Source: Candidatus Physcocola equi
Lineage (GTDB): Bacteria > Bacteroidota > Bacteroidia > Bacteroidales > Paludibacteraceae
DNA length: 64,000 bases
Assembly: GCA_018064855.1 (NCBI GenBank)
Contig: JAGHUM010000005.1
Location: 38,760-102,759, forward strand
Reading direction: 5' to 3'
The position numbers were made by a program, and so were the translations under genes. Shown here piece by piece: positions 56,875-64,000 of the stretch. Each line of letters starts with the position of its first letter. The first letter of the stretch is position 1. The notes beneath the pieces were generated by a model that ran no database searches, had not been told where the DNA came from, and saw nothing but the letters and a program-made list of their open reading frames with translations.

Positions 56875-58335
56875 ATGAAGAAAATTTTATCATTCATTGG
56901 TGCATGTGCAATGGCAGCAAACTTGTCAGCACAGACCTCTGATTCGCCATGGGCAATAGGCTTGTATGGCGGTCGCACAGAGTATTGCGGCGAATGGGGT
57001 AACGGTTTCTTTGATTTCGGAAGAAACTCATCAGACCACCTTTTCGGTGCAAAGTTCTATTGGCATGGAGCCCTAACAGTTGAACGTTATTTGAATCGCA
57101 ACTTTGACGCGATGCTTTACACTACATTCGGTCAGTATGGTATGGAGCGTGAGGCAGACGAGTTCAAATCAGGTATGCTTAACCTCGCGATCGACGCAAA
57201 GTATAAATTCCCATTCATCAACGAGAATTACAAACTTCGTCCGTTCGTAATGGCAGGTGTAGGCACACGCGGTATTTTCAACATGTATCAGGGCGACACA
57301 GACTATCACGTTAAAGAAGGTTTCGACTTCGTTCTTAACGGTGGTGTAGGTTTGGAATATCGTTTCCACGAACACTGGGCAATCCGCTACATGGGTGTTT
57401 ATGGCTATGCATTCTCTGACAACCACGACGAAAGAGAATGTGGCAAAGCTGGCGACCAGCAGTTGCAGCACAACCTCGGTATTGTATGCATGCTTCCATT
57501 CAAGCCAAAAGACAGCGATAAAGACGGTGTGCCTGATAAATTCGACCAGTGCCCTGAAACTCCATCAGTAGCAAAGGTTGACGCAAACGGTTGTCCTCTT
57601 GATGAAGACGGCGACGGTGTACCTGATTACATGGATAAATGTCCTGGCACTCCAGCAGAGGCTAAGGGTATGATCGACGCAAACGGTTGCCCTATCGATT
57701 CAGACGGCGACGGTGTACCTGATTACAAAGATCAGTGTCCTGGCACTCCAGCAGAAGCATACGGCAAGGTTGACGACAACGGTTGCCCACTTGATTCAGA
57801 CGGTGACGGTGTTCCTGATTACTTGGATGAATGTCCTGGCACTCCAGCTGCAGCAGCAGGCAAGGTAGATGCTAAGGGTTGCCCTATCGACTCAGACGGT
57901 GACGGTGTAGCAGACTACGAAGACGTATGTCCTACCGTTCCTGGTATCAAAGCAAACAAGGGTTGTCCTGAAGTTAAGGAAGAAGTTAAGAAGATCTTCA
58001 AGAAAGCGCTTAACGGTATCCAGTTCGAAACTGGTAAAGCAACAATCAAGAAGCAGTCATACGGCATCTTGAATGATATCGCTAAGATCATGGAAGAAAA
58101 CCCAGCTTACAAGCTCAACATCGCAGGTCACACAGACAATGTTGGTAAGCCAGATAAGAACATGACACTTTCTGAAAACCGTGCAGCATCTGTAATGCAG
58201 TACCTCGTTAACAAGGGGGTTGCTCAGGGCCGTATGAAGAGCGCAGGTTATGGCGATACCAAGCCAGTAGCAAGCAACAAGACTGCTGCCGGTAAAGCCC
58301 TCAACCGTCGTGTTGAATTTGAAGTAGAATTCTAA
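56875..58335 (+). CDS. OmpA-family outer-membrane protein with thrombospondin type-3 repeats
   Basis: 486 aa. It has a signal peptide, an N-terminal beta-barrel-like region, five D-x-D-x-D-G-V-P-D...CP repeats, and a C-terminal OmpA domain (GHTDNVG...NRRVEFEV). Confidence 0.9.
   Translation: MKKILSFIGACAMAANLSAQTSDSPWAIGLYGGRTEYCGEWGNGFFDFGRNSSDHLFGAKFYWHGALTVERYLNRNFDAMLYTTFGQYGMEREADEFKSGMLNLAIDAKYKFPFINENYKLRPFVMAGVGTRGIFNMYQGDTDYHVKEGFDFVLNGGVGLEYRFHEHWAIRYMGVYGYAFSDNHDERECGKAGDQQLQHNLGIVCMLPFKPKDSDKDGVPDKFDQCPETPSVAKVDANGCPLDEDGDGVPDYMDKCPGTPAEAKGMIDANGCPIDSDGDGVPDYKDQCPGTPAEAYGKVDDNGCPLDSDGDGVPDYLDECPGTPAAAAGKVDAKGCPIDSDGDGVADYEDVCPTVPGIKANKGCPEVKEEVKKIFKKALNGIQFETGKATIKKQSYGILNDIAKIMEENPAYKLNIAGHTDNVGKPDKNMTLSENRAASVMQYLVNKGVAQGRMKSAGYGDTKPVASNKTAAGKALNRRVEFEVEF
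57511..57945 (+). repeat. In-frame tandem coding repeats (five TSP3 units of about 29-32 codons)
   Basis: Reiterated gacggYgacggtgtRcctgattac...tgtcctggcactccagc blocks encode DSDGDGVPDY.D.CPGTPA. Confidence 0.85.
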
Positions 58336-58352
58336 TTCAAATCGAAATAATG

Positions 58353-58386
58353 AAAAAGAGCCGCAAGAAATTGCGGCTCTTTTTTT
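58353..58386 (+). terminator. Rho-independent terminator of the OmpA-family gene
   Basis: Hairpin agagccgcaa gaaa ttgcggctct followed by a T7 run. Confidence 0.75.
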
Positions 58387-58467
58387 GTGGTGATATATCA
58401 AGTTTGCACTTGTTTAGACGCTGTATATAATTTTGCAAATCGTTGGCAAAAGTATATAGGCACTAAA

Positions 58468-58508
58468 ATAAAACCTCCCGAAAGACTGTGTTTCTTTCGG
58501 GAGGTTTT
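58468..58508 (-). terminator. Rho-independent terminator of nadB
   Basis: 14-bp stem aaacctcccgaaag / ctttcgggaggttt with T runs on both strands. Confidence 0.7.
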
Positions 58509-58534
58509 AATTATCAAATACCGTTAATAGTCAA

Positions 58535-60157
58535 TTAGAAACTAGCATCGAATTTGCTTGGATCGTACAGATTATTACGTTCATCGCGCTGAGGATAATC
58601 TATAGTGTAATGCAAGCCACGGCTCTCCTTACGATCAATAGCCTGACGGGTAATAATATAACCCACATTAACCATATTACGCAATTCGCAGATATCCTTA
58701 GTTGCTTTCACGCGTTTGAACAACTGCTCAGTTTCCTCATAAATCAAATCCAATCGATCCCATGCACGTTTAAGACGGAGATCACTACGCACAATACCAA
58801 CATAGTTACTCATGATCTGGCCGACTTCCTTCACGTCTTGCGCAATAAGGACCTTCTCTTCGTTTGTAAGAACACCCTCATCGTTCCATTCAGGGACAGC
58901 CTCATTAAATGAATAATTGTCGATTACACTCAAACTATGCTTTGCTGCAGCGTCGGCATAAACAACAGCCTCAATAAGCGAGTTAGAAGCCAAACGGTTG
59001 CCTCCATGCAAACCAGTGCAAGAGCATTCGCCCACTGCATAAAGACGCTTGATGCTAGAGCAAGCGTTGGTATCGACCTGAATACCGCCACACATATAGT
59101 GAGCGCAAGGCACAACCGGAATATACTCCTTGGTAATGTCAATGCCAATGCTCAAGCATTTTTGGTAGATATTTGGGAAATGATGCTTGACATCTTCCGG
59201 ATCTTTATGTGTGACATCCAGACAAACGTGGTCAATACCATGAATCTTCATTTCCTTGTCTATCGCACGAGCAACAATGTCTCTTGGGGCCAAGCTCAAA
59301 CGTTCATCGTATTTTTCCATAAACGTCTCACCGGTTGGGAGGCGAAGAATACCACCGAAACCACGCATGGCTTCAGTAATAAGATAAGCAGGATGAGATT
59401 CGTTTGGATTATAGAGAGCAGTTGGGTGGAACTGAACAAACTCCATATCTTTGACAGTTCCTTTTGCACGATAAACCATTGCAATACCGTCACCTGTGGC
59501 AACATTAGGGTTGGTAGTTGTGGCGTAAACAGAGCCAGTGCCACCGGTTGCCATCAAAGTCACTTTAGAAAGATAGGTGTCAATTTTTCCGGTCTTGCAA
59601 TCGAGCACATAGGCGCCAAAGCATTCAATATCTGGCGTGCGACGAGTGACAGGCATACCAAGATGGTGCTGTGTGATAATCTCGACAGCAAAATGATTTT
59701 CCAGGACTGTGATTTTCGGATTATTTTTCACAGCAGCCATGAGCCCACGCTGAATCTCCGCGCCAGTATCGTCGGCATGGTGGAGGATACGAAACTCAGA
59801 GTGCCCACCTTCACGATGAAGATCGAACTCACCATCTGCGTTACGGTCAAAATTCACACCCCAGTTTACCAATTCCTGGATTTGTGAAGGACCATTTTTC
59901 ACCACCTGTTCCACAGCAGCCAAGTCGGAAATATAGTCACCGGCAACAATCGTATCGTTGATGTGTTTGTCAAAAGTATCGACCTTAAAATTAGTCACTG
60001 ATGACACACCACCCTGCGCCTTAGCCGTGTTGGCCTCTTCCATTGACGTCTTGCAAATAAGCGCAATAGAACCTTTGTTAGCACGGGCGACCTTGAGCGC
60101 GTAACTCATACCAGCCACGCCCGAACCTATTATGAGAAAATCAAATTTCTTGACCAT
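58535..60157 (-). CDS. nadB: L-aspartate oxidase
   Basis: I prefer the ATG at 60157 (MVKKFDFLIIGSGVAGMS, FAD-binding GxGxxG). The protein also contains RLPTGE..FM, HYMCGG and ECSCTGLHGGNRLASNSL. Confidence 0.9.
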   Translation of the reverse strand: MVKKFDFLIIGSGVAGMSYALKVARANKGSIALICKTSMEEANTAKAQGGVSSVTNFKVDTFDKHINDTIVAGDYISDLAAVEQVVKNGPSQIQELVNWGVNFDRNADGEFDLHREGGHSEFRILHHADDTGAEIQRGLMAAVKNNPKITVLENHFAVEIITQHHLGMPVTRRTPDIECFGAYVLDCKTGKIDTYLSKVTLMATGGTGSVYATTTNPNVATGDGIAMVYRAKGTVKDMEFVQFHPTALYNPNESHPAYLITEAMRGFGGILRLPTGETFMEKYDERLSLAPRDIVARAIDKEMKIHGIDHVCLDVTHKDPEDVKHHFPNIYQKCLSIGIDITKEYIPVVPCAHYMCGGIQVDTNACSSIKRLYAVGECSCTGLHGGNRLASNSLIEAVVYADAAAKHSLSVIDNYSFNEAVPEWNDEGVLTNEEKVLIAQDVKEVGQIMSNYVGIVRSDLRLKRAWDRLDLIYEETEQLFKRVKATKDICELRNMVNVGYIITRQAIDRKESRGLHYTIDYPQRDERNNLYDPSKFDASF

Positions 60158-60224
60158 ATATATAGTTTTAAAATTCTTCGTAAAATTAGCATTTTGCAGC
60201 AAAATAAACCAACAAAGGACAGGA

Positions 60225-61040
60225 TTATTTATGAACTTTTACAACATCGACCAAATGGCTGCCCGCCCCCAACAATTCTGGGCGAAGGGCATTTTTCATT
60301 TGATATTGAACAAATATCTCAAAATCCTCATCAGACATGGCATTCAACACAGGCCGCATAAAATCTGACGGTCCGTCAGGTGAGAAAATAAACAATCGCT
60401 CCAACTTGGAATCGCTATTTAATTTTTCCAGATCCTCCATTCTGGCATAAACATAGAGTTCATCCTCGGCAGAATGAATATGAAAGTCCTCATCGATAGC
60501 GCCCGACTTCACAAGCGCGCTCATGCGGTTTTCCTTGAAGCAATAGGTCAACAGACTATAATCGTTGAGCACATACGCATTGAGCACCACTCCATCATCT
60601 TTTGTCACACGCTTTATTTCCGCCATTGCTTTCAGTCGGTCCTCGTATTTAATCAGATGATAAAGAGGGCCAAAATTGATCACCATGTCGAAGGAATTTT
60701 CCGGCAGGAAGCGCAAATCTGTAGCGGTGCCTTGGAAAGCCTTCACATTGCTGTTTTTGCTTTTCAATACATCCACATTATGCTTTACCAGCTCCACAGC
60801 AGTCACATCATACCCCTCCTCATAAAGAGGAATCGTATAGTTGCCGGTGGCAGCGCCAAGGTCCAAAATCTTAAAATCAGCCTTATTATCGTTTGGCAAT
60901 AAATCGTGAATAAACTTCATCGAGACACGAAATTCAACCATTCCATGACGACGTTGCAACCTGAGATCCTCCTTGTGCTTATTATAGTAGGTCTCAAGAG
61001 TGAATTTCTGTTTTCCCTTATCTGCTTTATTATTGAGCAT
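60225..61040 (-). CDS. Class I SAM-dependent methyltransferase
   Basis: 271 aa. Motif I is ILDLGAATGNYT and the post-I motif is VTAVELV. Confidence 0.75.
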   Translation of the reverse strand: MLNNKADKGKQKFTLETYYNKHKEDLRLQRRHGMVEFRVSMKFIHDLLPNDNKADFKILDLGAATGNYTIPLYEEGYDVTAVELVKHNVDVLKSKNSNVKAFQGTATDLRFLPENSFDMVINFGPLYHLIKYEDRLKAMAEIKRVTKDDGVVLNAYVLNDYSLLTYCFKENRMSALVKSGAIDEDFHIHSAEDELYVYARMEDLEKLNSDSKLERLFIFSPDGPSDFMRPVLNAMSDEDFEIFVQYQMKNALRPELLGAGSHLVDVVKVHK

Positions 61041-61042
61041 CG

Positions 61043-61834
61043 TTATTTTTTCTTTTTCTTTACAGGTTTGACAGGATTAGCCAAGATTTTCAAATTCTTG
61101 ATTCTTTGTTTATAAAAATCCGGTTTGGCCAAATCAAGTTTATCATCAGCCTTAGTTGCCAGATATTCCATTATCTTGTCAAACCAAGCATAAGCCGATT
61201 TTTTCGTAGGATGCGCCCCATCAGAGGCCCGCTCATAAGTTAATGTGCGTGAATCAAAATAATGTCCGGTACCCACCACATCTTCGATCAACTGATTTAT
61301 GCCTGTGTCTTTTTTCCAGTTTGGAGGCCCTATCCAGACAAAAGGTTTATCTTTAACCTGTTCATAGATATGCTGGACATAATCGCGTCTGTTTTCAATG
61401 ATTTTAGGAACGAACAATTCATTAGCCCCCAAAGCAATCATCACATAGTCTGGTTTATACAAATCCATGAAATAGCTTAAAGTATCGCAAGTGCCGAAAT
61501 TGACGGAACAAGCGCCATACCAGACCACCGTTTGAGAGGCGATATTATTTTTGATGCAATAGTCGTTGAGGCGGATCGCCAGCAATTCCGTCATAGAATC
61601 GCCGATAAGAAGGACTTTGAAAGGCTGTGCCGCTTTTGCTTTCTCAATGGAATCGTTGCGAATAGAGTCTTTCTGCAAAGAATCGATGCGCAAGGAATCC
61701 TTGTAAAGAGAATCCTTATAAAGAGAGTCTCTATAGAGTGAATCTAAAACATATTGCTGTCTGTCATTAAAAACGTTACAACTAGCAAGAAGAAACGACA
61801 AAAGGAATGCAAATAAAATAAAAAATCTTTTCAT
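61043..61834 (-). CDS. SGNH/GDSL-family hydrolase lipoprotein with an N-terminal DS(L/I)xK pentapeptide repeat linker
   Basis: 263 aa. The signal peptide plus lipobox is LLASC. SGNH blocks are LLIGDSM, IALGANE and DGAHPT. The N-terminal linker is DSLYRDSLYKDSLYKDSLRIDSLQKDSIRNDSIEK. Confidence 0.75.
   Translation of the reverse strand: MKRFFILFAFLLSFLLASCNVFNDRQQYVLDSLYRDSLYKDSLYKDSLRIDSLQKDSIRNDSIEKAKAAQPFKVLLIGDSMTELLAIRLNDYCIKNNIASQTVVWYGACSVNFGTCDTLSYFMDLYKPDYVMIALGANELFVPKIIENRRDYVQHIYEQVKDKPFVWIGPPNWKKDTGINQLIEDVVGTGHYFDSRTLTYERASDGAHPTKKSAYAWFDKIMEYLATKADDKLDLAKPDFYKQRIKNLKILANPVKPVKKKKK
61648..61746. repeat. 15-bp in-frame tandem repeat (about 7 units) encoding the DSLYK-type pentapeptides
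   Basis: Plus-strand units of the type agagaatccttRtaa / agagagtctctatag, read by eye. Confidence 0.7.
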
Positions 61835-61946
61835 GAACAGTCAAAAAACAGCCCCTTGAAAAACAAAAATGCTGAAGCGGGCAAAAAAGATTCAGCAATA
61901 TGGAAGTAAAAATAGGTAAAAAAATGCAGAATTAAAAGTATTATGT

Positions 61947-61954
61947 TATTTTTG
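61947..61954 (+). promoter_or_regulatory. -7 box TATTTTTG for nagB
   Basis: Exact TAnnTTTG match, 53 nt before the ATG at 62008. Confidence 0.4.
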
Positions 61955-62007
61955 TATCATAAGGTATCGCCTTAATATAAGAGACAAATAACAAAAGAAA
62001 AAAAATT

Positions 62008-62829
62008 ATGCGAGTAATAATCACCAAAGACTACGAAGACATGTCGAAATGGGCGGCTAATTATGTAGCCCAGCGAATCATTGACTTCAAGCCAACAGCA
62101 GACCGAAAATTCGTACTTGGTTGTCCGACCGGATCATCACCGCTCGGCTTATATAAGCAACTGATAAGAATCCACAAATCGGGAAAGCTGTCATTTGAGC
62201 ACGTTGTCACATTCAATATGGATGAATACGTCAATCTTCCCGAAGCGCATCCAGAAAGTTATCATTCATTCATGTGGACCAACTTTTTTAATCACATCGA
62301 CATCAAGAAAGAGAATGTTCACATTTTAAACGGAAACGCGCCCGATTTGAGAGCCGAATGTGAGAATTACGAACGAATGATAGAAGAAGCCGGCGGCATT
62401 GAATTATTTATGGGCGGAATCGGTCCAGACGGTCACATTGCATTTAACGAACCCGGTTCATCGCTCAGTTCGAAGACACGCATCAAGACACTCACTACCA
62501 ACACCATACAAGCCAACTGCCGTTTTTTCAACAATGACATGAACTTGGTTCCCAAGCAGGCATTGACAGTGGGAGTCGGCACCGTGATGGCAGCACGCGA
62601 GGTTTTGATCGTATGCAACGGTCCGCAAAAGAGCCTTGCCCTTCACCATACCATTGATGAAGGAGTGAACCACATGTGGACAGCAAGTGCCATGCAACTG
62701 CATCCTCACGGCAACATCGTCTGCGATGAAAGCGCGTGTGTAGATCTGAAACTGTCAACATATCAGTACTTCAAAGACAAACAACAATTAGAAGGAATTG
62801 TTGATGAATACCTCAACAAGTTTGAATAA
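62008..62829 (+). CDS. nagB: Glucosamine-6-phosphate deaminase
   Basis: 273 aa with LGCPTGSSP, FNMDEYV and GIGPDGHIAFNEPGSS. Confidence 0.95.
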   Translation: MRVIITKDYEDMSKWAANYVAQRIIDFKPTADRKFVLGCPTGSSPLGLYKQLIRIHKSGKLSFEHVVTFNMDEYVNLPEAHPESYHSFMWTNFFNHIDIKKENVHILNGNAPDLRAECENYERMIEEAGGIELFMGGIGPDGHIAFNEPGSSLSSKTRIKTLTTNTIQANCRFFNNDMNLVPKQALTVGVGTVMAAREVLIVCNGPQKSLALHHTIDEGVNHMWTASAMQLHPHGNIVCDESACVDLKLSTYQYFKDKQQLEGIVDEYLNKFE

Positions 62830-62832
62830 AAT

Positions 62833-63537
62833 ATGGCTATATTTTACGCACCAGAAATCGAGAAAACACTCCAACTTCCAGAAGAAGAGAGCCAGCACGT
62901 CGTAAAAGTTTTGCGCATGAAAGAAGGCGACAAAATAGAAATCATAGATGGTCAGGGCACTTTTTATGAAGCGGAAATCACATTAGCGCACCACAAGCGT
63001 TGTGGGGTGAAACTACTGAGTGCTGTGAAGGAATACGGGAAACGAGACTTTCGTATTCATATCGCCATTGCCCCGACAAAAAACATCGAAAGATTAGAAT
63101 GGTTTGCCGAGAAAGTGACGGAAATAGGAGTGGACGAAATCACTCCGATAATATGTGATCACTCTGAGAGAAAAGTGGTGAAACACGACCGATTGGAGAA
63201 AATACTGATCAGTGCCGCCAAACAATCAAAGAAAGCATACATACCAAAACTGAATGAGCAAACAGAGTTAAAGCAATTCTTAAAAGAAAAGCGAGAAGGC
63301 ACGCTCTTTATTGCCCACTGCTATGAGCAAGACAAAAAAGAATTGAGCAAGACCTACCAATCCGGCACCGACGCCACCCTACTGATAGGTCCGGAAGGCG
63401 ATTTCAGCGAGGATGAAGTATCGCAAGCATTGGGGAACGGTTACATTCCTGTTTCCCTTGGACAGAGCCGACTCCGGACAGAGACAGCAGGTGTGGTGGG
63501 CTGCCACACGATGGTGTTGGTAAATGAGTTGAGGTAA
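62833..63537 (+). CDS. rsmE: 16S rRNA (uracil1498-N3)-methyltransferase
   Basis: 234 aa. It starts MAIFYAPEI..., contains HVVKVLRMKEGD, and has the C-terminal SPOUT knot block IGPEGDFSEDEV...SLGQSRLRTETA. Confidence 0.9.
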   Translation: MAIFYAPEIEKTLQLPEEESQHVVKVLRMKEGDKIEIIDGQGTFYEAEITLAHHKRCGVKLLSAVKEYGKRDFRIHIAIAPTKNIERLEWFAEKVTEIGVDEITPIICDHSERKVVKHDRLEKILISAAKQSKKAYIPKLNEQTELKQFLKEKREGTLFIAHCYEQDKKELSKTYQSGTDATLLIGPEGDFSEDEVSQALGNGYIPVSLGQSRLRTETAGVVGCHTMVLVNELR

Positions 63538-63631
63538 GTCTATGCTTCCTCCTGCATCTTCCAGCACACCACTTTTTTTGTCTTCTCATCGAATACGATG
63601 CCGATAGAAATAAGCCAACAGATCAAAGCAA

Positions 63632-64000
63632 TTAGTACATCAGTCCAAAACTCCAAAGAGGCAGGAATTCATCCGTTGCATACTCTGTGTCGTCACGTAC
63701 TATGTAAGCGTTGTCCACGTCTTTCACCTGTTTTGTTCCTTTCTTCTTTCCTCCAACCTCAAATGTATATTTTCCAATCTCAAAGTCAGAGATTTTTGAC
63801 GACGTGACTGGAAGAACAAGTCGCGTCTGATTATAGAAAAAAGTCTCACGAACATTGCCTATGTTGGCATTTTCTGCAGCTAATGCGTAAATAAGGTTCG
63901 TATTATCAAGATATACCTTCTCGGTTTTGCCTAATCCACGCATTCCACCTGTATCATCACGCAACTGTCCTATCATCCCTGCTTTTTCCATATATAGCAA
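63632..64000 (-). CDS. C-terminal part of an AAA-ATPase-associated protein (COG1373/DUF4143-like tail). The 5' end is outside the window.
   Basis: The frame is open to the window edge. The tail ...ISDFEIGKYTFEVGGKKKGTKQVKDVDNAYIVRDDTEYATDEFLPLWSFGLMY resembles the endonuclease-like C-terminus of abundant Bacteroidales ATP-binding proteins. Confidence 0.5.
   Translation of the reverse strand: MLYMEKAGMIGQLRDDTGGMRGLGKTEKVYLDNTNLIYALAAENANIGNVRETFFYNQTRLVLPVTSSKISDFEIGKYTFEVGGKKKGTKQVKDVDNAYIVRDDTEYATDEFLPLWSFGLMY

Noticed and set aside
57511-57945. DNA-level tandem repeats inside the OmpA-family gene as a possible mobile or hypervariable element
   Set aside because: They are in-frame thrombospondin type-3 repeats, a standard feature of this Bacteroidetes OmpA family.
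58937-59887. 316-aa + strand ORF antisense to nadB
   Set aside because: It is a shadow ORF. nadB on the - strand carries all the FAD and active-site motifs.

Overview
This 64-kb segment looks like a Bacteroidales chromosome, probably Prevotella- or Bacteroides-like. The taxonomic call rests on gene content and promoter style only: many genes are preceded by the Bacteroidetes TAnnTTTG -7 box, and the window holds a hybrid two-component regulator with AraC output, a TSP3-repeat OmpA, a BspA-type LRR protein and DUF5683 after parAB. I call about 52 protein-coding genes and one tRNA-Arg(ACG). I saw no rRNA, CRISPR array, transposase or integrase. Most of the window is housekeeping: cdd, pyrC, glyA, a Fur-family gene followed by menA-menF-menD, rpe, htpG, lepA, recQ, parA/parB, nadB, nagB and rsmE. 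Accessory or unusual parts follow. (1) 25.7-34.0 kb is a visibly AT-richer island (judged by eye, not computed). It carries an AlwI/BstNBI-family endonuclease with three adenine methyltransferases, flanked by an Rpn-like PD-(D/E)XK gene and an AAA-ATPase/PDDEXK_9 gene. Directly upstream of the R-M operon is a nested inverted-repeat structure holding an outward-facing -7 box, which is a candidate inverton or a structured leader. (2) 1.4-3.4 kb holds an AAA_14/DUF4143-type ATPase gene preceded by four perfect-phase 32-bp repeats, each with a 16-bp palindrome. The cassette sits where the 5' half of an esterase gene should be. (3) comEC is split exactly at an A9 homopolymer. (4) A Fur-family gene with a 7-1-7 Fur/PerR-type palindrome over its start sits directly upstream of the menaquinone genes. 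I cannot prove that any of these is a new system. The R-M island with its inverted-repeat switch candidate and the repeat-array/ATPase cassette are my best candidates. All family assignments come from motifs read in the translations and from remembered family signatures. No database search was run.
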